Source: Proteromonas lacertae (taxonomy: Eukaryota). From it: 64,000 nucleotides of DNA. The translations under genes and the position numbers were made by a program. Shown here in pieces: positions 13,344 to 26,000 of this stretch. Position 1 is the first letter of the stretch; each line of letters begins with the position of its first letter. The stretch covers positions 1-64,000 of the forward strand of contig NGBS01001183.1 of the NCBI GenBank assembly GCA_002245135.1. The letters run 5' to 3'. The notes under the pieces are model-generated. The model was not told the DNA's origin and ran no database searches. It worked only from the letters and a program-made list of their open reading frames with translations.

Positions 13344-14946
13344 CAAAAACAATATTATTTTCACACATATTACCTTCAGCATAACCCATAAAGAATATTT
13401 GAGTATCAAGATTCTTTGTCCATTCAACAATCTTATTCCTTGTAGTTGTATTTGATATTAAAAATACAGCTGATACACTATAAGTCTTTATTGTAGTAGT
13501 TAATGTTGATTTTAATTCATCCATACTATCAATTTGATTTAATGACATATATAATGGTGTAATTGATTTATCTAATACTCCTCCATCTTTATTAATTGAT
13601 CTGATAGCTTGAATCATTGATAATCTAACTGTTCTATCAACATAAATTGTATCATCACTAAGTTCATTAATGAATAAAATAGTAACCATTTCATTTTCCT
13701 ACAATACCTGTTTCATAATTGGCTAATACATCGCATTTGTTAGGATTTGCTTCACCAAATACATTAAAAGGATCATTTAATTCATCCATATCTACTCTTC
13801 TTAAAGTTCCATCTGCCCAATCAGAATCGAAATATGCAATATAATAAACTGTAGAAGTATAATGATTACTTCTTAACATCATTTGACCACCTGTAAAATC
13901 GATTGGTTCATCATATATTGAAGATAATAATGTATTTGCTTGATTGGTTGGTATTCTTTCATTTGCTTTAAGAAGTAATTTCACTATTCCAATTCTATGA
14001 AGATTAAAATTAATATATATATACACTTTATTAACCACCTGTTTATCTTTATTTGTTAAACTAGCTATCAGCAGAAATCAAATTGGTATATTCAGTCAAA
14101 TCTTCATTTGATTTATCAGAAAATACTTTGATATATGCTGAAACTTCCCATAAAGCATTGTAGTTAGTCTTCATATAACGCACTAATTCATCAGTAAATA
14201 AATATAAGAATCCTAAACTAATTTTACTATCAACATCAACTTTATCTTTAATATAATCGCCTAATATTTTAAGATGTTCTTCATTATCTATTGTGGATAT
14301 AATATAACTTCCTTCTCTTCCCTTTATATTTCAAAGCTTCAGCTGCAACTCTCTCAATTTCTGTCTTATTGACATCTGTAATTGTATATGCTGCAATATT
14401 CATTCCAACTGATTTACTAAGCAACGTAAACTGTTCTAAAACCACTGCATTTGCTGTATTATCCTTACCACCGATGAATACAAAATTTGGGTAGAAATTG
14501 TATACCATAATAGAAACAACTATAAATTAGTTAAAATAATGATGATGTATACCTGTTTCCATTGAATATCCTATCATATCTCCTGGAATTATGTTGACTG
14601 AGCAAATTCTTGGAGGAATTGGGTTAAAACACCAAACTACTATATCTGAATGTTTCACAGAGAAATCGTAATTATATATTACATCATCACAATAGCTGAA
14701 AACCAAAGAAACAGTAGCTTCTTTAAAAGTATCAAACAATCCAGACAAAGTTTCGTTACTATCTCCATGCGATGTAGCACTTTGTATAACTTCTATTTTC
14801 TTAACTGGATCACCTCCATTTATATAATTGGTGTAAGCTTCTAACGCATAATAAAAATCTTTGCCTGTATCTTTAGGTTTCAAATATCCTATTTTAAGAG
14901 AACTAACACATGTTAGAAATAATAAAAAATAAATATAAACCATCAT
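3038..14946 (-). CDS. Giant class C-type GPCR A: signal peptide, 9 tandem UrtA/AmiC-like periplasmic-binding (Venus flytrap) domains, 7TM and a Ser/Thr-rich tail, about 3,860 aa
   Basis: Frame-restoring GT-AG introns at 14520-14552, 13995-14024, 13309-13344, 13185-13216, 12693-12724, 12513-12548, 4911-4938, 3631-3680 and 3234-3270, plus three apparent +1 indels (about 14324, 14066, 13695). PBP motifs: FFGGWNTELRR, GCTTLSCKE, YPKQSLGQECNFNTIYTGPVPNQY. 7tm_3 motifs: SASPVFL, CVVRVW, KAWRIHKLF, VRNAASDFNES. Confidence 0.85.
13317..13343. repeat. (AT)n microsatellite inside a 36-nt intron
   Basis: Uninterrupted AT dinucleotide run within intron 13309-13344. Similar runs occur in introns near 12535, 38520 and 52655. 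Confidence 0.9.
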
Positions 14947-15087
14947 CAATAAATAACGAATAAAAAGTTTGGCTCGAAAATGATAAATCGTCATTACAAT
15001 TTTGTTTAACAAAAATAACTAGCAAAATACATCTCATAAAAATCATAACTTATTAATCTTAACAAAATAATAATTATAAAACCAAAT

Positions 15088-16166
15088 CTATATCCTCATT
15101 TTATAAATATCACCGTTAGAAGATAGACAATTCAATGTTTTATTATATATAGAGCATCCTACAATAGGATATGCAGTTCTATAACATAATTTATGATTCT
15201 CTTCAAGAGTTTTACTCTTCTTTTTCTCTCTCTCTTTTTCATTATTTTTTATGTAAATTTCATTACAATCTCCAACTAATGCAACTCTATCATTTTCTGT
15301 AGCACTTTCTTCGCTATTATTTAAAGGATAAATTCCTATAATATTCTCTTTAAATGGTATATTAATCATTTCATTTGTTTTTTGAAATGTTTTATCAACT
15401 TGATACAACATATTCTTACAACTAACATATAATTTATTATTATTATATGCTAATGCTGTACATAAATCAGCTGATGGTTGAAATCTATTTATAAAGCCAT
15501 TTCTATTTGATTCTCTTAAATCATAAAACACGATATTATTTTGACAAATTGTACATAATATATTGTTATCTATGAATTCGAGCGATAAAGGATTACCAAT
15601 TAAAGGAATAGATCGAACTAATTCGAAATTCTTATAAACACACATTGTATTACTATAATAATGAGTTGTAGCAAACTAAAATAGAGTTTATTAAATATAT
15701 ACTATTGTATTATCAGTTTTATTAACTTTTATTGAGCTCCACCCTGGTTGCATTACATTTTCATGTTTTATAGGACGAGACTCAGTTTTCATCTTCTTTT
15801 CAGGTTGTGTCATAGAGTTTGAAAGATGAAATGTCTTTATTACTCCTTTCTTATCAGTTGAACATAAATATTCTATATCAATGTAAAAGAATTCATTATA
15901 AATACTATTACTAGCAACATCAATTGACATTATACTACAATCATTTCTAAAAAAATGAGAGTAATTCAACATTTTGTTTTCTTCATTCAACTATAGCTAT
16001 TATCAAATATTATTTATACACTATATTGAAGTATATACTCATTACAACAAGCAAAGCCTGTAAATTCCTCACTTACTAATTTTTCACAATTAAATGCACT
16101 GCATGTAGGATAATGAAATAATTCATCCTCATTACTTTTGTATTTATAGAGTAAAACCTCATTCAT
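15088..16166 (-). CDS. Putative WD40/beta-propeller protein, multi-exon
   Basis: ORF pieces 16014-16247, 15691-15990 and 15088-15645 are separated by short CT..AC segments (minus-strand introns). Beta-strand repeats such as IVFYDLR, LCSTDKKGVIKTF and LNCLSSNGDIYKM. Confidence 0.5.
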
Positions 16167-16260
16167 TTTATTAAGCAAAAATATATCCGTTTCTATTAGT
16201 TTTTGAATTTTTATGTTTTTTTTTAATTCAGTAAATATATACAGCATAAATATTTAATAA

Positions 16261-16586
16261 ATGAATACTAAAGAAAGCAATGAAGCCGAAGAAAAAGAGT
16301 ATAGTTTAATATTTATAAAATTAGTAATGTAAGTAAAGAAGGTTATTCTGAGGCTATAGATGAAGAGGTAGATTATGTGCCTGAGCATTTGCCAATGATT
16401 AAATTGGATGAAAAAGCTAGAGCTACTTTTGCAGATGAAGTTCTACCTAAGTCTCCACTTCTTCCTTATGCGTCTTCTATTATTAGACAATCAAGTCGTA
16501 GAGGAAGTAAAATAAAGAATCGTTTTTCAGAAGCTTTAGAGACTGAGAAAGAAGTTACAAAATACTTGACAGAAGAGAAAGATTAG
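16261..16586 (+). CDS. Small hypothetical protein, about 100 aa, one intron
   Basis: ATG at 16261. Intron 16299-16324 (GT..AG, 26 nt) joins in frame to ORF 16377..16586. Confidence 0.55.
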
Positions 16587-16683
16587 TTATATTTAATTAT
16601 TTATAATAGTATATTTTAAAATAATAGTTGTTTATTTAGATAAAAATGAAAAGAAAAAGACATAATCATTAAAATTTATTAAT

Positions 16684-18123
16684 TTATAGAGATTTAACAG
16701 GAAGAGCATCATAAGTATAATCTCTGGGTGCTTTCTGATTAAAAATTATTCCAATTAAATAAAATGCAGCTGGTATTAATATAATAAAGAATATAAAACC
16801 AATAATCAAAGACAATTTTGAAGTTGGGTTAGTAAAATCATAATCAGATGTAATTGCTTTACATTCCACTGACCAATTCTGCGGAATTGATGCACTCATT
16901 AATTGTAAAAATGTATTATATTCACATGGCTATAATATATATATATTATATAAGCAATACCATTTCACATTTGTCAATTGTAAAAGGAACATGATTAAAT
17001 GTAATATTAACATAAAATCTATCTTTATTAACTTCTGATTGTAATAATTCAACAATTACATTTGATGCATATGGAGGTTGACCAATGAAATTTGGATAAT
17101 GTAAAGCAGATAATAATGCTAAAACTGTACTATCATGAGCAGAATATAATATAAATTTATGTTGTTTACTATTCAACAATAATTTCAATAAAAAATACTT
17201 TTCTACATTCTGTTTAATATTCTCAATTGTTTTATTCATTCTTTCTACAAAATCCTTTACAATTGGACCACCACTTAATCTTCCTACAACTTTTCCTTTA
17301 TAACTATGAGATGCTAATAACTAATTATTATTATACTGATTATAAAAAAATACATCCATCAATTCTTGGCCTTTTTTAATGAATTCTGGTGTTAATTCTT
17401 TCATTTCTATTAACATAATATATTTACATATATATACTTAATCTATCTGATATATTCTGTCTATACATCACATTTAATTCATCAAACATTGTATTAAAAT
17501 GACTAATGCTTGGTGGTTCAACTCCTGTCATTTGTGAGAGTTTATTTAAATACTCCTGGTTTTGTTTTTGAACTTTTACTAAACTTTTTTCTTTCCATTT
17601 CTTTGACACTAATTGGGAGAATCTTGGACAATTATCATAAGCTCTTAATAAGAAGTCATATTCAACTGGAACTGTGTGTATTGGAACAGGATTAAAGTGA
17701 TTTGGTAAATAGGTATTTGTTTCACTTTCTTGTGTACCATCAAACATGCCAAGTAACAAACTTTGAGCTGAAACAATACAACGATTTACATCTGTTGCTC
17801 TTACATATACTTCATTTGATTTGTAGGCTGAATTGATGAAATGTAATTCATCAATATATCTTGCTTTTAGCCATAATCCTAGTTGATATTCCTGATACAT
17901 TCCCATAGAAGTCAATTCTCCAGCTTTTCTATGTTCCATCCAATTCTCTTCAGGTCCATTTGGAATAGGGTTACATGTCTAAGTTAATTATAAAACATTA
18001 AAAGGGAAATACTGTTCGATCACCGTGTCTTATCACAATATATGTTGACAGCAATTTATAATTCTCTCCTATAACAATATGAACAATAAGATTAAACAAA
18101 AACAAAAAGCCTAGTGAAAACAT
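16684..18123 (-). CDS. Histidine acid phosphatase (branch 2, lysosomal/prostatic-like) with signal peptide and C-terminal TM helix
   Basis: RHGDRT motif just before intron 17979-18012. Also GELTSMG, YVRATDVNRC and YSAHDSTV motifs, a hydrophobic N-terminus from ATG 18123, and TM LSLIIGFIFFIILIPAAFYLIGIIF. Confidence 0.9.
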
Positions 18124-18168
18124 TTTAAAAATGACTTTCAGGTGTGCCAAAATATTTTTTTGAATAAA

Positions 18169-18751
18169 ATGTTCTCCCTTAAAATAGTTGGTTATAAGTA
18201 TGATTATAATAATATATATACATAGTATAATATCTGGCTCACTGGCAGCTCTTGGTGCAGTGTGTGGTAAAGTATTTTAAATACTCTATTATGTAGTATT
18301 CACAAGATTTACCTGTAATAATTAAACAGTCTCTGTTAAAGTTATGTAAATATGTTGAAAATACAGATAAGCAATGCAAATTTGTATATGATCATTTAAT
18401 TTTTGTTGTTAGATGTTTAAATCTGCTAGTATTACAATGTTCATAATAATGATTTTATTGAATACAATCATGATGTCATATTTTGTAGAATCGATGCATT
18501 TAATTGGTCCTTTAAGAGCAACTGTGTTGAATTATGCTTTCAACTTCTTATTTTCTGTATATTTTAGGTTATAATTAGTATAAAAACAATAGGCTATATT
18601 TGGTAATCTTCTGTTTCATGAAACACTCTCTTTAAAATGGTGGACTGGAGCAAGTATGATTTTGGCTGGTATTTTGTTGTTATCAATTAATAAATACGAT
18701 GAAAAAACACAGAAAAATCCTAATTCAAATCACAGTAACAAGCAAGATTAA
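18169..18751 (+). CDS. TMEM42-like small DMT-superfamily membrane protein, multi-exon, absent from the ORF track
   Basis: Exon translations SGSLAALGAVCGK, ATVLNYAFNFLFS and AIFGNLLFHETLSLKWWTGASMILAGILLLS are separated by short GT-AG introns. Stop at 18749-18751. Confidence 0.75.
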
Positions 18752-18794
18752 TTAATTTATTGTTTTTCTTAGTTATTACTGTTTAAATTTATTA

Positions 18795-19925
18795 TTACAT
18801 TGACATAACAACAGTTTCAGGCCAATCAAATGCTTGTACGTGATTTAAAACAGCTTCACAATCAGTAAATGGTACTTCTTTTATATATGACTTTAATTTA
18901 CCATCAGTTATCATTTTAGAAATATCATTAACCATCTTTTGAACTTCTGCCTTGGTGGATCTATCAAACCATTCTTTAATAGAAAATCCAGAAATTGAAA
19001 CATTTCTAGTGATTAATGAAGGTGATGGTATGACCAATGGATTAGAATATAAAGAATGATATGAAACAAAATCTCCACTCTCTCTATTTCATGTAAAAAA
19101 TAATATAGATTTTATATATACTCTAAACAATCAACTAATTTTGTAGAAATTGTTCCACCTATCGCATCTACTACTAATTTTGCTTTTTTACCATTCAACG
19201 CTTTCGTTATTTCTTCTATACTTGTACCAATTGGATTAGCATTCAATTCAGTTAATTTCTGTGAGTAATATTTTCCATGTTTACCTGCTTTAAATACATT
19301 AATCAAATTTAAATTCATTTCTCTAGCTTGTTGAACAATTGAAAAACCAACAGGAGTTTGTGGTCCACTTTGTATCACTGTATCTCCAGGTTTTAAATTA
19401 CCAAAATCATGTAGTATTCTATATGCATATGCATGACTTGACATGATAGTAGCACATTCCATTGGAATTGCATTATCAGGTAATTTACATATATCATTGT
19501 CATACACTGTAGCATATGTACACCATGTGCCTGTTGATTTTGTAAAAATCACTTTGTCTCCCTCTTTAAAATCTTTTACCTTATCACCCACACTTGACAC
19601 TAGTCCTACTCCTTCAATACCAGCAACAGCAGGTAATGAAAAAAATGTTGAATGTCCTTCAATCTATAAGTATTAAGAAATATACATATACAGCAGCTAA
19701 ATCTGTGAATTTCATAGGTGCTCCTACTACTTTACACAATATTTCATGGCCTTTAATTGGTGGTATATCGATATCAAGCTTTCTATTATCGAAAAAAGTA
19801 AATTGTATTATATACACTAAAACATCTTCTGGCCTACCAAATTCATCAAATAAATAAGCACTGGAAGATGCTATATTAGCAAAGTTTCTTCTACAATGTC
19901 TTAAAAAGTGAGAAATTTGAATCAT
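18795..19925 (-). CDS. Mitochondrial trans-2-enoyl-CoA/ACP reductase-like protein (MECR/Etr1, MDR family)
   Basis: Presequence-like MIQISHFLRHCRRNFA. Motifs FGRPEDVL, LPAVAGIEGVGLV, GTWCTYA, AYRILHDFGNLKPGDTVIQ and ISGFSIKEW. Intron 19664-19691 and others. Confidence 0.8.
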
Positions 19926-20029
19926 TTTTGATTCAAGGCTTGATATGCTTGATAAAATAAGAATTTAAGTTTTCTGTTGAATAGAGAAACAAATAGAGAT
20001 AATAATAATATCAATAATAATAGTTCGTA

Positions 20030-23000
20030 TTAATTTTTTGTAATAACCAACCCTTTTGAATTTCTATGGTTTAAAAAAGTAGATCTTTGTGTCACTGTGG
20101 TTGTTGAATGGAAAGCTACAGATCGAGTAACATGAGATGAAGATATATGACTATCTGTTTCAATTAACGATTCTTCATTTGCAAATATATACACTATCTT
20201 TGGTATTAACTGTAACAATGTTAAAAACATTATACATATATTGTAACCAACACCTCGAATTAACAACAAGGAATTACGATGATCATCAACTATAAAATCC
20301 AGAAGGAAAAACACCAAAGGTAATGCAAATAAGATTAAACTGGATAACATCAAAAATAAAGAATCATTAAACTCATTAGCGACATTCTTCGTTCTTATAG
20401 ACATTATCAAAGTATAAGCTACAAATATTCCAACATATGATGCAATAACAATAACAAATGGATAAGAAAATGAGCATTCTTCTGTGAAACTTGAAACTAA
20501 AAATGTACTTTCACTCTCAAGGAAATATAATGTATATTCTGATTTAGTGGTTGTTAAATATATTAAAATTATTATTAAAACTGGAATGTACTGTATTATA
20601 AAGAATTTTATCCATTCAAGAAATGTAATTGAGATTTTATGAACTCTCTTCTTCTTTGTCTTACTATAAGCAATTGCTTTTGAACAATATGTTTCTGATA
20701 TAAGTAGCATTGATGTACAACTAAATAATACTCTCAAACCACATATTATTGAGTTTTTATCAATCTGCATAACCAATAACAAAACACTCACATCAGCTAA
20801 TGTGAATGAGAAATGTAAAAGATAACTGAATAATGGAGATGCACATTTGACTATTCTTTTCTTTCTATATCGGAAAGAAAGATATATTGAAGCTATTATT
20901 ATCAACATATTAGCACCAAATAAAGCATAACCCATTATTCTTAATTCTTCAGATTTTGGAATTATACGAGTTTCTGCTTTTGTTATGTATTTATCTGGAA
21001 CTCCATCTAAAAATGCATTTGGATAATATGATATTGTCTGTCCTATCAATGGAGAATCTTGACCAAAATTTACATCATCGATTATATCGATTATATATAT
21101 TGGTCTTATTAAATAGTTAGAATCAGTCATTTGAATTACTCCACTTGGTGAATCATATTTCACATCTTTCATTGACAATCGAATGTATTCATTTGAAGGC
21201 CATTCTTCAGAAGCTCTTTCTTGTGCTTTTTGTATTGCCAATTCAAACAAAAAAACACTTGAATAACTAATTTCATAATCAGCAGATACATAAAAATTCT
21301 TTGAATAACGATTGTATGCTTCTTTCAAAAAAGCTGTATTAGAAATAGTTGTAATAGCTTGATGATAATTTATTGGAATAAAACTTCCTTCAAAATCATT
21401 TAAATCATACTTTCTAAAGTCATAATGATTATAATTCAGGAATAAAAATTCTATCCTCTTTTTGTTTAATTCATTCTTCTTATAAACGGGTAAACATGAT
21501 TTTAGATGTTCTTCAGTTAATGCTGTTATTAGTACTATATCACTCACCGATTCTGACATTCTTGATACTGCTTTCATTGTTACTTCACAACTTCCGCCTT
21601 TCTTTATTATTTTATATCCAAATGAATTAAGAGACAAATAATCAAACATCTTTCTTGTTGTATCAAAATACATCTCTTCATTCTCTTCATCCATTAGAAT
21701 ATATAAATTATTAAACTTGAATTTAAAAAATGAAAATGATGCTTCTAATTTTTGAGATATTATTGGAGCTGAAAACAAAAGTATATGGAGAATAGAATTC
21801 TCCATGACTTCTTACAAAACTAAAGAATATTTTCTTATATTTATCTGCTATCTTACTTACTATTCCTTGACATTCAAAATCTAAACATCCAAAAAATGAT
21901 ACTACATCTTCATGTTCAGCATATGGAAGTGTTGCATTTTCAATTTCAATTGCTATCAACTATCACTGTATTTAAAACGATAAAATAACCTAAAATACCA
22001 CCTCCCTCATTAATTTGATCAACTGCAAATTCTACTCCTAACCAAGTATTATATTTCTCTTCTTTTATTCTATAATCATTCTCTATTACTAATACAAATC
22101 TTTTTCTCTTTTCATATTGATATATTCCATCATGTGTTGTTTAAAATCACAAATTTTACCTTCATTATCTTTTATCCATTGACTAAAACTGTCAGCTTCA
22201 ATTATATCCAATGGACTATTACCTATAACATAGTTACCATTAACTATCATTATCCTATACACCTTTTCTAGAAATTACATTATTCTTTTTTAAATTGATT
22301 ATTCCTGATCCATCAACAAAATTTTTACCTGACATTCCTTTTCTTACTGGTATAGCTTCAAATGAAAATGCTTCTTTTACACCTTTTGACCATAGTTTGA
22401 TTGCTGTATAAGTTGATTCAAATACATTACTTACAATGACTGAATCTTTATATCTATAAATCGCTTTTTCATAGAAATTTCTTTGATTAGAATACTCTCT
22501 AGACTGTTGTTTACCAATTATTGAAAACCAAGACCCCCAGATTGTATGATAATTAAAATATTGCTCATTTCCTTTCAAAATAATATCACTAATAAAATAA
22601 TGTATAAATAAGAATTTTGGGTATGTAAATCTACTATACATCAACTTTGCTACTTCTAAGGAATATTTGGGATGTAAAATATCTATAACTAATGCTCCAT
22701 CTGTATATTTTTCATACAGATAATCAAATAGTGTTTCATTTTTGTCATACAAATAACCATCGTAATCTATGCCCAATTCACTGAATAAACTGCATGCTAC
22801 AGTATAAACTACATTACTAAATGAATCATTACTATACAATATGATATAATAATTAAAATTTATTTCTGTAAATACAGCTTTACCTGCTTTAATTAAATGA
22901 TTTGCATTAATATTTGTGATTATTCCAAATGCATCACAGAATTCACCTGTACTTATTCCTGAAAAGAAAAACAGTTTCTTTGACTTTGTAAAATAAGTCC

Positions 23001-26000
23001 TTAATGACAAATACTCTTCATGCCAATTAGCACCAAATACAGCTGTCATTCCTGTTTGATCCATTACTTCTTTTCCTAACATACCAATTTTTGATTCATC
23101 AGACATTGTATTAACTACATCTAATTCTATTCTATTACTAATAACTCCATCATTATCATTAATCTCATTCACAGCTAGTAATGCAGCACTAACTATTTCT
23201 CTACCAATTGTTTCATCTTTTCCTGTTAATGGAGCTAATACAGTAATTTTATGAGATGGTAATTTGTATTTTGCACCAATACTTGTAATGTTTAAGTTAC
23301 AAATATACACACCTGTATTTAAAAACTTATTATATGGATTTGGTTTGCCCAAATCTTCTTTACTCAGTATTTTCATTATTCCTTCATTATTTCCATCATA
23401 ATATGATACAAACACTGGTCTATAAATCATATTATTTGTATTAACAAGCATCTTTCCAGCAGGAGAATCATATGGTTCTTCATAGAATTGATTTCTGGTT
23501 TGATTAATAAATAAATGCTTATATATATTCTGAACATTTGCCCAATATTTCAATGAAGAATATATTCCTTCATGAAAATGATTTATTGGCATATCATCTG
23601 GTAAAGGGTATTTCAACAACTCTTTCAAATGACTATTCTCTGCAGTATCAATGGAATTAAAATAATGACCAACTCCATAAAACGGATATACATGATTAAT
23701 TCGCTACTTCTTCTGATGTTGAAAAGGAATAGAGTATATAATCAGAAGGACTAACATTATGATTTACAAATAGCTTGATTCAACATTATATGTTGTTGAC
23801 TTGTTCCTAAGAATAATATCACTCCTCCTTTGGGTAATCGAGATATTATAGAAGTTGCAACTGCTTCTATATTTGAACCAGATTCATCAGCGACTAATGT
23901 AGCACTTACAGTTCCACCTAAATAAGTAATGTAATGTTCAGCATATGAAGCAAATTTTGTTGAGAATGTCTCTGATATACTAATTATAGCAAAATTATGC
24001 TTCTTCTCATTTAAACATCTTTCAATTACTATTTCTGATGTACGAGGATCTATTCCAACATGAGCAACACTTCCAGTACAACTTTCTCCACCAAATAATC
24101 CAACATGCCAAACTAATATTTTCTTCTCCACAATTTTAGAATAAATTAAATCAATACATTTTGAATTTGTTACAACAAACATAACAGTATATGTAGCACT
24201 ATCAAGTAAATCTATTGTTTTGGTTGCACATATATATTCATCAGATTCATCATCAACTACTGAATAATCTAAAAGAAGACCTTTTATTCCTGGATTTTCT
24301 TTATCATTGTTTATTTCAGTAACTGTGGCAATAAATGTCTCTTCTACACCTCTATAACTTTGTGCATATTCTCCAGAATTTGATGTTATTAACAGTGCTT
24401 TCACTGTCTCAATAACAGATACTTCTTCTCCCATTGGTTTGGAATGATCACATTGCTTTCCATAATTCTCATCTAATTCCCAATTATATGGTTGTGGAAT
24501 AGATTTTATACTACTTCTAACAACAAAAGCACCAGTTAAATTATATTCATAAATGTAAATATCACGAGTTAGGTAATTACTCTTATCAAATATTGTTGTT
24601 TTTTCATCATTTAAATATAACGATGTTATATAACTTTCTATATCCTCTAATTCTAAACCAGCATTTTCTATTGCAGTTTTCATTGCAATAATGCCAAGTG
24701 CTGTTGAAAAACTATCATCAACTAGATTAACAAATCCTATATATTTTTGTAACATTGGAGTATATTTCTTTATAATTGAACTGTCAGTGACTGGAGAATC
24801 TACACCTGAAACATAATAAAGAGGATATGGAATTACATTAACATGTTTTTTAACAAGAGTTGGAGTAACTGTCATAGAAAAGACTTGCATAAGATTTGGA
24901 TTAATTGATAGGATGGCCAGTTTAAGATAATTCAATAACTTGATTAAATCCTTAACACCAAGAAAAGTGAAAATAAATGAACCATATTTATTAGTTGTTG
25001 AATCGATAAGATTTCTAACAAACTGAATTGTAATTGCATTTTGCAAGGTTATTTCTATATTGGCTTGAATATGAAAATCAGATTTTAATTGGTTTTCCAA
25101 TATTTCTCGAGCTAAATCCCATTTCTCACCTTTATTATACAGAATAATAACATCTTTTTTATTCTCTTGACTTGTTGCATAATTCTGTATTAAACTAATA
25201 ACTTGATTTGGTATTGGACCTGTATAAAATGTTGCTATTTCACATGTATTACCTTCCATTCTATTTGGAACAATTAATACAGCCCCAAATTCTAATTGAA
25301 TTGGATTAATTAATTTTCGACAATAAACTGTTGTACATCCAACAAGAATACCTGTTGGGTATTTACTTAACAAATTATGGATTTTATTTTCAAAATATGG
25401 ATCTCCATCATAATAATCTTGAACAACTAAATTCAAATGAGCACCTAACACACCTCCATTATTATTAATTTCATTTATTATAGCAACACATACTAATAGT
25501 ATTTCATAATAATGAGGTTCATCTTTCGACGATATAACTAACATCACTCCAAATTGGAATTGTTCTAATTTTTCACCTACTTCATTATCATCATTATTAT
25601 ATTTCCAATTACATGTATAATACATATCACCCATATATTTAGTTGTGTAAGGATTTGGGGCATAACTAAAATCATTTTCATAAAATGTTTGAAAGTTATA
25701 ACTCATTTGACCATAATAATTTGTTGCTGTTACTGTCATTATTGAATGAGGCATTGATAAATGATGATTACTTTCCATTACTAATTTTCCCAACGCAGTT
25801 GCAACTACCATATCATTTATTCCAACTAATAAATTCTCCACTTCTATTGATTTACTATGTTCAATTGTAGCTTCCCATAACTGAATAGCAATGGTTGAAT
25901 AATACATATCAGTTGTGAAATATGGGATAAATGGATAAACATCATGTAAAATTTTTTCCATTCTTGTACCTTCTGCACCTGTATGTGCTGATAAGAAATA

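Noticed and set aside
13691..13696. AAA-TGA at a frameshift site, reminiscent of Euplotes-type +1 ribosomal frameshifting
   Set aside because: Other shift sites (14324, 21773, 30191) lie several codons upstream of any stop and lack the motif, and -1 events also occur. Assembly error is the simpler explanation.
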